From NCBI GenBank assembly GCA_047495785.1, contig JBLDXI010000015.1, positions 682,001-746,000 of the forward strand: a DNA stretch of 64,000 bases, written 5' to 3'. The DNA comes from Lepidodermella squamata (taxonomy: Eukaryota > Animalia > Gastrotricha). Made by a program: the position numbers and the translations under genes. Below, in pieces: positions 11,117 through 23,703 of the stretch. The notes under the pieces were generated by a model. That model was not told where the DNA came from and did no database searches. It was given only the letters and a program-made list of their open reading frames with translations. Within the stretch, counting starts at the first letter, position 1. Each line of letters starts with the position of its first letter.

Positions 11117-13212
11117 CTAGCAATTGAGACCAAGAGCAGATGCCGAAGTGGCTGGAAGCTTCATCCAGGCCCGCATGGCATTAACCACAGTCAAGTCCCT
11201 GTGAGCCCTCGTGTACTTGCCATCCCCGGTGTTGTAGCCGCAGGAGTTCGCATCGTAGGCCGGGCTGTAGGCAACGCTCCTACAAGTGTTACAATGCTTC
11301 GTGCAAAGCGAACAATCCGATAGACCATCAGGAACCCCAGTACTCCCGTTAGCCCAGTAGTAAGAGCTGAGGACCAATCGGATCGGGTAGTCGTCGTTGT
11401 TGTTCTTCGCGCCATTCGGGCTTGAGAACAATTTAACTTCGAAATTACGGTGGTCGTTGATCGGGCAGTTCTTGATCAAAACACATCCTTGGCTGCCCAT
11501 GTCTCGCGACGACGAGCCAGGATTTTGCTGGTCGTGATCGTCATTCTGAATGACGTTTCTCGTCGGCGAAATTTGACCGCAGGCGTAACCCTTCTCCGGC
11601 TCTTTCGGGTAGCCAGAGTTCCAGATTTTGATCTTTTGAACGTCGTCCTTATCCCAGCCAGCTGAGTACAGCTTCTTCTCGAGGTATAGGCCGAAGTTGT
11701 AGCCGGAATTTTCGTTGCACATCAACAGGTCTGACTCGCCACCGAGAAGAACCTCCAACCAGGCGACGTAGTCAGCCGGCAGTTTCCCGCCAAGGTTGTT
11801 ACGTAGCTTCGAGAAGATCCCGACCAAACTATCGGGGTGAATGTGCTTAGCCGCGTCGATACGAGTCCCCGAGAAGCCAATGGACACTAAATCGGTCAGA
11901 TAGTCGGCGATTCTCTCTTGCACGTTGGCTTTCTCAGTGTTGATATCAACAAGACCGGAGAGCCAGCCGGCGTTTAGGGCTAAAGGATCTGTCCAACTGC
12001 TTAGAGATCGCTCGCAGTGGAAATCGGTTGGGCCGAGATGGGCTGCTGGGAATTCCTGCGATGGAGGCTTTCCGGTGTATGATCCTTCGCTGTAGACATA
12101 ACCCTGGGTGAACATTGGCGATGGACCATCCCCCTTCGCTGTCCCGATGCAGTTGGTTTGTAGAGACGAATTCTTTCGACCCCAAGTTGCACAGCCTTTC
12201 AAGAAATGAAGGAAATAATAAGATGAAGAAATGTAAAGTTTAATGTAAGCGTATCCGTGAGGATGCTGGCAAATCCTAATCCTAATCCAAACCCCACTCC
12301 TATCTCTAACTCATGCCTTATGCCGGATCTCAAGTCCTGCCTTGACCCTTAACCCTGATGACATTAAGCCTGATTTTCCTAAATTATATCTCCAGGTACA
12401 TACGAACAAGCATGCAAGTCAGCAGATGTAAGATGGAAGAAAACATATTCGTTTCGCAATAACAATCGGAAACCCAACCTACCAGCATTAGGATTTCGGT
12501 GCTTTGTATTGGCATCGTTGCCAGCCCCAGTCATATGGTTGATAACAGCATCAGCGTAAACCCGAACCCCCAACTTCCGGCATGTTTGAATAGCAGTTCG
12601 AAGATCATCTCGAGTGCCCATCCGGCCGTGGAGGCGGTACGATACCGGCTGGTAGCAGAAGTACCAAGGATTCAGCGCATTTTCAAACGGCTCACTTGCG
12701 ATGAGTTGTTCCTGAGCTGGAAACAGTTTGACCCCTAAATAACCCATTTTCGAGAGCATTGCACACTCCTTAGCAACATCGGTGTGTGGCCACATGAACA
12801 ACTCAACAATAGCCCCTTTCTGGCCATTCCGATAGTCACCAGCTGAATTAGCCGGGGTAACAGATGGAGCGTCCCACAGGAAATCGATAGGCTCGAGCTC
12901 GATTTTTGACCCGTCTGAGCCCAGAACAGCGACTGATATCGGTCCATGGTCCTTCGACGAGCTGAACAACTTCTTCGAGCTAGTTTGCTTCTGGCCACCA
13001 AAAACGTAGAAAAGTGCAGCGTTATCACGGTGTTCAGCAATAATTTCGGCGGTTGCGCTGTTTCGGTCTGAGGAATAGACGAGGTGAACGTGAGCTGCGA
13101 GGACGTTGAAGCTCTGGAAGCTGCTGACGTAGTCGGCCTCGCCCGGGCCCGGCGTAAACCACTTGAAGCTTTCGTAACTTTGAGGAGTTTCAACCTGGTT
13201 GCCGTTGCATTG
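11117..13212 (-). CDS. GH13 alpha-amylase (exons 13212-12483, 12195-11117; signal-peptide exon not located)
   Basis: YQPVSY, DAVINH, GTRIDAAKH (nucleophile), WLEV (acid/base), QNDDHD; in-frame phase-1 intron; N-terminal extension QCNGNQVETP...WFTP...SFQ. Confidence 0.92.
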
Positions 13213-14897
13213 CTGAAAGGAAGTGAAAGAATGTCAATTTTCAGATGATTTCATCTGCACATTTGCTCACATTTTCTCTGTAGATCTGGCATGAAGGTAA
13301 CTCTGCTGAGCAGAAACCTGCCAATCCAAGAATGAGTGTTATTGTTCTTAAATGCATTTCTAGGAAGAATGTTTAAATTCAAAATTTTTACAAACTGATG
13401 CAAATTTCTACGAAACGAGGTTGAAATGCTGAAGGGAGAAATGTCCATTTTGACTCGCAAAATCTAGAATATAAATACACGAAGGGCGTTAGGTTTTTTT
13501 ATGACGGGTTCGCCTTATCTTTCGCCACTTTTTTACATTTGGCAGTTTTCGTAAAACAGAATTGTACTTTGGCTGATAGCGCTGGATCCTCTTATCTGTA
13601 GCTTTGAGACACGAATGTGAGAATTTTTCAGCACGAAGAAATCGTGTTGGCAGCGTCAGAGGTCACGATACTCCTCGACTTCTTCTCTACGATACTTCTC
13701 TGAGGCTCTAGCTAACCATTGTTTCCTGGAGCTCACAATAAATGAATCACCTTTGTATACAATTTGAATCAAATAATAAGTCATTGCTCTTGTTGTGTGG
13801 TTGAATTACCTTCATTTGGCTATCAGTGGTAAATACATGGAGGAAGGAGTGATCGATGTATAAACATCTCAATTTATCTTCTCATTCTCCTGCAGTTACT
13901 CAATATGTTGTACCTTTTTTCTGTATATATATTACAGGACAAATCAGCAATTCCAAGCACTATTCATAGGATTAGGATTAGATGTGCTATCAGCTTTCCT
14001 CATTCAGCCAGCACGATATCCACCTGAAACAGCACTATCAGTGCTGGAAGATACTTACCTCGAGAGGTCCAGGCAAGAAAACCCCTAAAAACCACAGGGG
14101 AACCTTTAATCAGATAAATTCGGAGCTCAGATCACAATAAAACCAATAAGAAGAACAAACCCAAGTTTATTCATTTGTCTTCAAGCAGCCGTTCAAGCCT
14201 TGTCAACACTTCAAGGTGATATCGGCAATTTTCAACACGAAAAATTACACAATGCAATTCTAATCCAAGACTTAGGTTACTTGACACTTGACACAATTTT
14301 CAGATTCGACAGCTGAGAAGCCTTTGAATATAAGACCCAAGAGTGAATCCTGTTTCCGCCTTGCCTTCTTGATAGATCGAGTCTAAACAAATTACAAGTT
14401 ACAAGCAGAAATTTTACGCACGTCTTTCATGAATATTAAGTGCCAGCTTTTCTTATTGAACAAATCTTATTGGAAAATCTCAGCTGTAGAATTTTAAAAT
14501 AATATCTCTACAATGAACTCGGCCATGCGTAGGTGCTTGCGCTTTGTGTTAATTGCTTCTTCATCAACCTTCATCACCGAGTCACGTGTTCATGAAAAAA
14601 TTTGCCAACACGCCATGCGCGCAAGTTCGCCATTATTAGTTAACGGCAGTGGTCGCAAATCATAATAGTCAACAAGATGCCCATCTTATCTTCAGGCCAA
14701 CAATATACCTTCTAATAATATATTGCTTGGAAACCATTAGCCCCGAGTGAGAAATGCGTATTTTTATCAGCACCGTTGACTGAATTAAAAAAAAAGATAT
14801 ACATACTCTCTGTTTCTTCGTGCCCCGTTCGCTTAATCGCTTAAAAAGCATCTTTGAAGCATTCCGGTCAATTTTATTTTCGACACGTGAAACCTGA

Positions 14898-17123
14898 ATG
14901 CGTCAGCAAATTGTAATCGTTCTAGGTTGAAGTTTCACCCAACAATACATTGATTTGGAATCATTCATTGAATTTAGGGCTATTTGGCGTGGGGTCTCTG
15001 GCATGTGGCCCAGAACAACAGAGGCAGAAAAGTCTGGTAAGAATCCGTCTAAATCTTCATGGAATTCTTCTGGGATTCTCATCTTAACTTCACGTTTTGC
15101 AGCTGAATTGCTTCAACGGGGGAACTTTCATGTCTGACACGGGGTCATGCTCATGCCCATCTGGATATAAAGGGTCGAAATGCGAGCAATGTAATAATCG
15201 ATTGACCAATAAAATAAAACCATCGCAATGGTTCTTGCTCACTTTTATCAAGACGCCTGTCCAAATTGCAAAAACGGAGCCGCGTGCAGCGGTCCAAATC
15301 AGTGCAAGTGCGAAAGTGGGTGGACTGGAACTACCTGCGAGACATGTAAGGTCGAATTTGTTATAGCCCTTAGCCCTTAGCTACAGCTTGGCTTCAGTTT
15401 CCTGTGCTGCTTCTCCGTGTGTCAATGGCGGTACCTGTACTGGAGCTAATACTTGCGTCTGTCCCGTTGCGTTCACCGGCCCTTCTTGCTCGAAATGCGA
15501 GTTTCAACATAGGCATTGCGATTGTATGAACCTTAACATATCTAACTTTCTTAGCTGCCTGTTCGAACAACCCGTGTTTGAATGGTGGGACTTGCACAGG
15601 ACCTAGTATTTGCACCTGTACTACTGCTTACAAGGGCCCGACCTGCGGTGAGTGTTGACAGAATTCAGTAATAAATTGCGTATTGAACTATTTCCCGTTT
15701 CAGCTATATGTGAGTTTCGGAATTTTTGCCATCGTAATAGCTGCTATCATTTCAATTGCTTCTCCAGCCACTGCTGCGAAGCCTGACGATGCAAGGTGGG
15801 CAGCCTTCAAGAAGCTATTCCCAGATTCTGAGATCGATACTGAAGAGGAAGACGATGAAGCCGAGGCAGCTCTGCTCCAAGAAATCGGTGAAATCGAGGA
15901 ATGGAACGAGGACCCGGATAATCCTGACGTGAACTATGGCCTGAATGAATTCAGTGCTAAGACGGACGAATGGAAGCAAAAGAATCTTCTCGGAAAAGTA
16001 ACAACAGACATAGCGGGCAAGCGTAGGCGGAAGCGCGAAACCAGTTACTTCACTGAAACGACTGAAACGACTGTTTGCGTGATCGAGAAAGAAGACGGCG
16101 TGGAGATCAGACGAAAGTGCGTTCCCAACGTAGGCACTGTTGATGACGATAACTTAATGCGCGAGCTGTACACGACTCGACCTCTTAACTCTTACCCGCC
16201 GGTTGATACCAACTATGGAAATGCACCAACTCTACCTCTTTTAGAGCCTGCCGATGCGATCCCAGGTAGGTTGCGTTCCTAACGAGTTAGAGGTTAGAGT
16301 TTGTTAAGAATCAAGAAATATGTAAATCAAATGCGAACAATGGTTTTGATTTTCTATACCCCAATGAGGTTATCCCGGTTCACCCCCACCTACAAAGCCG
16401 AAAATACAAATAATGAAAGTACTTTCAGGTGCCATAGTCGACTGGAGACTGAAAGGCTACTTATCGCCCATAAAATCTCAAAAGGGATGCGGATCCTGCT
16501 ACACATTCGCGGCAAATTCGGTCATCGAGTCTCGTCTGGCTCTGAAAAACAAAGCCAGCCCGATCATTATGTCCGAACAGCAGCTGGTAGACTGTGCAAA
16601 AGGCGTGGGTATTGCCAATGGTTGCGATGGCGGCAATTTTGATTCGGTCGTGACTTACTACAAACAGGCGAATGCTTTTGCGAAAGCAGAGGATTACCCG
16701 TATGTGATGAAAGCGGGCGCTTGTGCTTTCGATAAGGCTAAAGGCGTGCCATTGGCGATAACTGGCCTCTCACAGATATACTCGGTGGATAAGCTAACGA
16801 ACACGTACCAAATTTTGAGACCGAACATGGTGAAAAAGATGATGGACGCTCTGCAATATGGCCCAATTCAGGTGGATATGCACGCTGAATCAAGATTCCA
16901 GGCCTATGAGAAAGGTGTATTCGACCCTAAAGATTGCCCGACCAATGTCAACCACGACGTGATGCTTGTTGGCTATGGCGTGGAGCCGACAACCGGCGAG
17001 GAGTATTGGATTGGCCGCAACTCTTGGGGCACGTCTTGGGGCATTAAGGGATATTTCAAGATCCGGAAAGGCGTAAATAGATGCGCCATAGAAAACAGCG
17101 TACTATGGCCGTACTTCAAGTGA
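14898..17123 (+). CDS. secreted papain-family (C1A) cysteine protease with four N-terminal EGF-like repeats and an I29-like prodomain
   Basis: Hand-built exons 14898-14925, 14978-15036, 15103-15190, 15253-15345, 15398-15496, 15555-15647, (15704-15709), 15768-16265, 16429-17123 all join in frame; signal MRQQIVIVLGLFGVGSLA; CxNGGxC...CxCxxGxxGxxC repeats; YGLNEFS prodomain motif; QKGCGSCY, NHDV, RNSWG catalytic motifs. Confidence 0.85.
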
Positions 17124-19933
17124 ACGCCGCCTGTGGCCGTACATTCAAACAGCATTTGTATTGTGTACGATCAATATGTTCAATTCTTCGCTTTGACTAG
17201 CTAATAGACGATATTGATTGAAAACTTGTATCTTGTATATCTTGCAGACTTGCAATAGGAATATTTCATACTTAGCTTTATTGCGGGAGTTAGCGGGAAA
17301 ACAGAGATTTCCTCATTAGTTATCGTCGATGAGCCGGCGGGGCAACTAGCCGACAGGCACTTTATTGCTAATCGTGAAAATTAAAGGGAACAGCTTCAAT
17401 CTTTAATCGTTACGTAATAGCATGATTACCGTACTGCCCGGAAAAGTCGCGGCCTCGAATAAATGGCAGTCTCAAATAGATGTCAGAGATTAGAGGTCGT
17501 TCGAAAAAATAAATGTCTGGTCAGTGGCGGGACAATAATGAAGATCACTAATGAGGTTATTTAAGCCATTTTGATTGGATATAATTTCTACTCCTTGCAT
17601 TCGGAAAGGCCAGGGACCAATTATTTGGCCAAAATGAAGTAGATCTAAGGGAAATGGATGCCACTTTGTTTACCTAGGCGGTTACTTGTTGGTTCGGGTA
17701 ATAGGGCAAACACATTTTCAATTTCATCATTATTTCCACGGCACCGTCGCATTCGCCATCGCTATACAGTTTAGCCACTGAGCTGTTTCCTTGAATCACG
17801 TTTTCAAGCTTATAATGCGCAGTTGCTCTGTGAACATGTTCGTCAAAAAGTAATGCGACTCTCGTTATGCAAGTAATAAAAAAAATCTGTTATTTTCCCC
17901 TATCGGAGGAGCGGCCCACTCAAGTGATGAGTCACGAAGAAACAGCTATGTCAGGCAGACCTGAAGTTTCTCCCTTGAGTGGAGTGTCGATTGAGATCGA
18001 TTCATAGTATTGGTGTAAAAAGCGGGGAATTCGCGATTTGCCGGGAAGCTCCTAGCTTTAAAAGGTGCTTCGATTTCGGCCTCACTCAGGATTGGCTTCA
18101 TTCTACCAGGTCGTCGAAAAAGGTCGGTCTCACTAACAGGCGATATGGCATCGAATGCTAACTCTGAAGAAGTTGCTTAGATATGGCTAACCACTGAAAA
18201 CAACAGCTGCTTATGGCCAGCCTAGTACACTGCACTTGTTGGACATGCCTTATTGGGACATGCCCAATTCCGATCCGGTAATACAGATTCCGAGCAATGT
18301 TCTGCGCCACAGCTAGGCTTCGATCTCCTGACCCCGTGACTTAGGCATGAGGATCTCACGCGGCTCAGCTAACCCTTCGATTTCTAACGCATGCACAAGT
18401 GGAGAGGATCCGCATAGCCATAGCTCTAGAGCTGATCTGCTCAGTTTTTCTATATTTACTTACGGCTTTGCGTCGCAGTCCGTATCTTCGCAGATAGGCT
18501 CACTGAACGGCAAACTTGTTGCTAACAGACTCTTCGATACTCTATTGATCTTTACATTACTAGAGCATAGATGCCGAATAGCTTCCTTGTTATTTACCTC
18601 CCGACTTATTCATATCCCCTTTCGAGCATGTCAGTTTGACGGGAGATGGCAGTGAAACTTATTGCAACAGTTGGCACGAGCATTAATTCGCAAGAACCAA
18701 AATAAGCAAATTCCTCAAACAGTTTTATCACTCCTGCCGAGTTATTTTGATGCTCTCAGGCAGGAAGCGATTATTTTCACAGATTATGTTGCAATTTGAT
18801 GGAAAACAAATTAGCTTAATCAATACGCTTTTTCTTCTTTACTAGTTTTTGGCGTCTCTAAGCCGCTATATTACCTGCTAGATTCAAGAAACTTAGGTAG
18901 CCTGCCGACTGCTGATGTATAATTGATTCAGAATATTCAACATGAGGAAATTGGGTTAATTTCTCGATAAATCTCCAGACCAGCCAGTGCTTTCCTGGCG
19001 TTCAGCCACAGCTTCGCTACTGCCATGAGGTAACTGAGTGCTACTCATAGCCCTAGTTTCAGGTATTTGGTATTGCGCATTTATGACGACCGTCCAAGAG
19101 CAATAAAAGTAATGAGCGCAAAAGTTGCCTCGACTTGTGATATCACCGAGTATAAGCATATTATGAAGTGAAATAAACCTATGTACTTTACAAAAAATAA
19201 CAATTAATATTAGCCGATATTAGTTTACACACAGGCCACTTGCTTGTTCAAGTTTCTTGTGATGTGTTCGTGGTCTATTGTACAAGCAATAAACATTAGC
19301 TCATGTACAATATTATTATGGTGATATTATGGTGATTATGGTGATATTATGGTGATATTGTCTTTTGATGGTCACCAAGTACTCACCCCCGGGCAGCTAC
19401 GTCAAGACGCAAACCTTAGCCGTGTAATACCGGCAGCTTCTTGCCTTTTACAACTCGTTCGTGTGAAGAAGGTTTTAACTCTCCGGCCAATGTAAACCTA
19501 CCGACCTGCTGGCTCAAGTATCGAGTCAATGACTCGGGCTTACAATAGTGGATGGCTCAATAGTGCGACCTTGAGAATTGAAAAATATACAAAATACATG
19601 CTCAAGCTACAAGTTTGTTTTATTGCGCTCTCAACAATAAAGAGCTCATGATAGCCGTGCGTACTTGATGCCTTTGTTATGAGTTAAAACCCACTTGGTT
19701 GTGACTTGGATAGAAGAAAAGATCACTGGAAGCCGTTTTAACTAAATGATCAAATGAAGGCTTATCAGCATGTCTATGGCGGCTGAGATGTTCTCCAGCT
19801 AAATGATTGGAAATTGACTCTCATAAGCTCTGGAAAATGACTCGGTTCACTCTACTTGTTAGTCGAGTTTAAACAAAACTCATAATTACTCCCTATTTAA
19901 TAGCGAGCGCTTTGATTATCACGAGTCACGTGA

Positions 19934-20076
19934 CAGTGTGCGAAGTAGAATCCGGGAGCTGAGGTGTTTTCTACCTGTTTTTTTGACCCAGCCGAAGAAA
20001 CCAAAAGGTCCCCCCTGTGGTTTTTTCCGCCTTTCTCTGGTTGGAATCCCGGTGCTTGGGTTTACTTCGCACCCTG
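19934..20076. mobile_element. hAT-type MITE, same family as 1418-1557
   Basis: TIR cagtgtgcgaagta / tacttcgcaccctg; 8-bp TSD tcacgtga on both sides. Confidence 0.9.
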
Positions 20077-20510
20077 TCACGTGATGAAGTTGTGTTAAGT
20101 TCCTGTGAAGATAGAACTGAATTCAACAGCTGATTTCCAGCTGCAAACCACGTTCAAGATCCCAATTTATGACGTTGACCTTGAGAGCCTAAAAGCACGC
20201 ATGAATTAAACCAACTTCACAACGCGAAATATTCTTTCGATAAATGACACTACTGAGTCAACTTTCATCGAAACGCGGTTTAGATAGAATATACAATGTT
20301 TTATTGATTTGATCCATCTTAAATCGAACAATTTGATAAATTGACAAACTTGATAATCGAATAAATTATGTTCGTGAAATAGCTTTATTCGATTAGTAAC
20401 GAGAAGCGATCTCGATAATCCCTGATGCTGGAAAAGTTAGATAATCGCAGCAGTTGGCGCGAAAAGTCATCCTGCTGCGATTATCCCATGATTCAGCCAT
20501 GGCAGTCATT

Positions 20511-21342
20511 TTACACCTGCGAGCAAGTTTCAATAGCTATACCGTAGATCGTAGTACTGGTCAGTGTGTTCACTGGCGTGTCTGATGGGCTTATAAACAG
20601 AGCTGCACAGCAGGCGCGGAACGAAGCGGACGCGTATGCCGACAGAGAAGTTTTCGCTTGGCCCTAATGATGAATGATGCACAACGAAAAAATTATGTCA
20701 TGCGTGACAAATCTAACGTACCGCAGTTGCACCAGTGATAACAGTGCCATAGCCTCCTGTCACAGGGTCGCAGGTGTGCGGAAAGGCGAAGCACTTCACT
20801 GCAACCGGTGAGGATTGGGCACAAGCTTTGTAAGGCGTCGTATCGGCTCCGACAATGCAAGCAGTTTGTGGCGTTGATGTCGTTGCAACAATTTGGTAGA
20901 AGAGGTTAGGCGACGCACCAGCCCCGGCGCAACAGGCAGCGAATGAGTCGTAACTGGCTGCTGGACTGGCAGGCTGTAAAATTGTGATTTAATCACTACC
21001 ACAATCGCGAGAATAGCGACTTACAGCACCGCCTGAAAGTACAGCGCAGTTGGCTCCCGCAGCTGAAAGGCAGTACTTCATAGCTTGGGATACAGGCGCT
21101 GGCGAGGTGATCGAACACAGCGCAAATTGGCCCTATCGAATTTGTAATCGTTAATACTGAAATTGAAAATGAAAAGGTCTTACAGTTTGATCGCAAAACT
21201 GGGAGCTAGTGCAGCCGCTTTCGGCGCAAGTTTGCCCAGAGGAGCAGGTTGGCGATGGACAGGGTGTCGAGGCTACGGTCGACGGCGGGCAAGCTTCGAC
21301 CGATGTAGCACCAGCAACCAGTAGGGCGGCTAAAATAAGCAT
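20511..21342 (-). CDS. 18-Cys secreted family, paralogue A1 (223 aa; exons 21342-21184, 21132-21025, 20973-20722, 20663-20511)
   Basis: Signal peptide then ACPPST...; three phase-0 GT-AG introns give an open frame ending ...SFRACC...IETCSQV*. Confidence 0.88.
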
Positions 21343-21833
21343 AATACTTGCAGGATTTCGAAAATGAAACCTGGCTCGGTATGGCTCGTCTGCTTTTCAT
21401 AACCAACGAATGTGTCCGTCAGACCAAGCACTTAAGGACATTTTCTTTAGCAGCTGAAATGCATTTCTCCAGTCAAAAAAACTTCGAACGCATTTTTCAA
21501 TCAACAGATTACCGTAAACACGGCGCTGCTACCGTAATTCCGTATTTTCCAGAAATCGAAATTTCTAGGCAAAAAACCAGAACTTTGAATGATGCAACGC
21601 GCAATTGTAATTCTTTCAAGGCTTGAGTCGCCGAAATAAATGTTGAATTTCGCTGATGAAATCGGCTGTTAGAGTGCGTTGCTACGACTTGTTTACAATT
21701 TCTAGTAGCTTCGTGCGACAAATCCAGGTCTGGACAAGATAGCAGTTCCGAAAGAGACGTAGCGTGCTGTAAAATGTTAGCCGCAGTCAACCGGCCTAAA
21801 TTTCAATTTTTCGACTTAGGTGTAGCAAAAACC
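21343..21833. promoter_or_regulatory. putative bidirectional promoter A1/B1 with conserved forkhead-type motifs
   Basis: ~490 bp between divergent ATGs; GTAAACA (21514-21520) and TGTTTAC (21690-21696) retained at equivalent positions in the second cassette (44427-44433, 44600-44606). Confidence 0.55.
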
Positions 21834-22650
21834 ATGCAAGCTGCTATTTTCCTGCTCGCCGTTGTTTCAGTCGCCGACCTAGCCCAAGCCTGCCCGCCAT
21901 CTACTTCCGCTGCAACGCCGTGTCCTACAGTTGTGACGTGTCAATCTGGAACCTCATGCCAGCAGGTGGCTTGCCCTAAATCGGGCTACGCTTGCTCGAC
22001 TTCGGTACGAAAAAACAAGCCGGCCCATAATGTATAATGTTGGCATTTGTTTCAGGGCCAATTTGCTCAATGCTCGGTCCCTACCAGTGTCATAGGAATT
22101 CCGGCCACATTCTGCCTTTCGACTGGCACGTGCTCAGCAATTACAGGCGCAACTGTAGGTTCCGACTTGAATTTGCTGAATCTCGCTAACATTTGAAGTA
22201 AATAGGCGACTGGAACTACTTCGAACTCGTTCGTGAGCTGCTGTTCGGGCGTGAGCCCCATAACATCGAACATCCAGTACATCCAGCTGGCAGTTAGCAA
22301 CTCGCCCGTCACGATGTGTGTCGCCACGAATGACGTAACAATGTACAGAATGTGCCAGGCTTCGGGAACAACCGTATTGACTGGCGCATCGTGCGTCCGC
22401 TTCCCAAGCTCTTGCGAAACCGGCAAGGTTCAAGCTACAGCGGCGCTGGTGAGTTCTGGAAAGTAGTCAAAACCATAATTACGTTACTGTGCCATTTGTT
22501 TGACAGGATAACGTTAGCACATTTGTCTACAGCACTTTCCGCGAATGTTGTGCAGCACTCAAAAAATCTACCGCACCAGTTACGTCATCCCAATTCACAT
22601 CCGTCGATGTTCTCGGCGTTACGGTCGACAAATGCATCGGCGCTCGATAA
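21834..22650 (+). CDS. 18-Cys secreted family, paralogue B1 (218 aa; exons 21834-22004, 22056-22154, 22206-22448, 22507-22650)
   Basis: MQAAIFLLAVVSVADLAQA|CPPST...; same intron positions and Cys spacing as A; ends ...TFRECC...VDKCIGAR*. Confidence 0.88.
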
Positions 22651-23034
22651 ACGGATACGAATACCACAAGATAGTTGAACAAAAGTGTGCGGCATTAACC
22701 TTATCACTACGGGAACATTTCTTACATTAGAGAGCATTAATGCTAGCATGAATTAAAAGCTTCTCCGCCACTCTATTCATTCTTAAGGGTATGAATAAAA
22801 GCGAGATGTTTTTGGTTTTGAAATACGATCCTTTTTTACAAATTAGCAGTAGCCAAAAGATATAACAATGATTGAGCCGTGAGTCATTTATCTATGAGTT
22901 CCTCTCATCTTCCATCGTTTGGAACCTCTTTATTCTCAAGTTTGGGTTGATATTCATATCTTCCTACCAAGCGGACGTAGAATTTTCCCTCGCGCGCCTT
23001 GTTTCGCTTTGATTTTGGCGTTTAGGCTTCATTG

Positions 23035-23280
23035 CAGTGTGCGACTTTCAGGGGGGATGGGGGGGATCATCCCCCCAGCTCGGCCAGGCCAGACAACAAT
23101 ATGAGAATTTATCCCACTGTTTTGTTAATTTTGAGAGGTTGTGGAGCATGTTTTAGTAAGAAATTTTCAAAATTTTCTCGCTTCGCTCGGTTATAAGTCA
23201 AAATGACCAGTCATTTTGGCAAATACAGCAAAAATTTTTGTTCCATCCCCGGCAGCTCCGGGATCGAAGATCGCACCCTG
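23035..23280. mobile_element. hAT-type MITE (~245 bp)
   Basis: TIR cagtgtgcga / tcgcaccctg, 8-bp TSD cttcattg; second copy at 48630-48847. Confidence 0.88.
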
Positions 23281-23703
23281 CTTCATTGAGTCTCTTGAAG
23301 ACGAATAATTCGTAGGTGGAGTGTTACTTGAGAATTAGCATCGAAGTGCATAGAGGCGCTTATTTGATTTTCAAAAAGGCCATATTCAATTGCCACGTTT
23401 AATAAAGCTCAGACATCAACTGGGCATCAGCTCACGGTTTTTGAGAAGCCATCCAGCGTATAGCCTCTCATCTAAGGGCCGAGATCATTTATCACCGGGA
23501 TACACTTGTAAGATGATTAAGAACACATTTTTATAACGAAGGACCGTTTTATTGACGCGATGTAACAAGCAGCAAGCAGTCCCATTGCTTCTTTAAATGG
23601 TATGTTAACCTGATTCAGTAACCTGATCAGTTAACCCGATTTCCTAATATCATAATAGGAATGGCGAGATATAAATGCATTCAGTTTAACTCAAACAGGT
23701 CAA

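Noticed and set aside
15683-15767. Apparent signal peptide at the start of the 199-aa ORF
   Set aside because: TTG start and the hydrophobic stretch lies in predicted intron sequence; a better ATG and signal peptide exist at 14898.
19310-19570. Possible minus-strand SINE with (ggtgatattat)n tail
   Set aside because: Only the short tandem repeat is clear; Pol III boxes are unconvincing and there is no second copy in the window.
22067-22433. Antisense ORFs conserved between cassettes (also 44995-45399)
   Set aside because: Shadows of conserved sense exons of the B genes.
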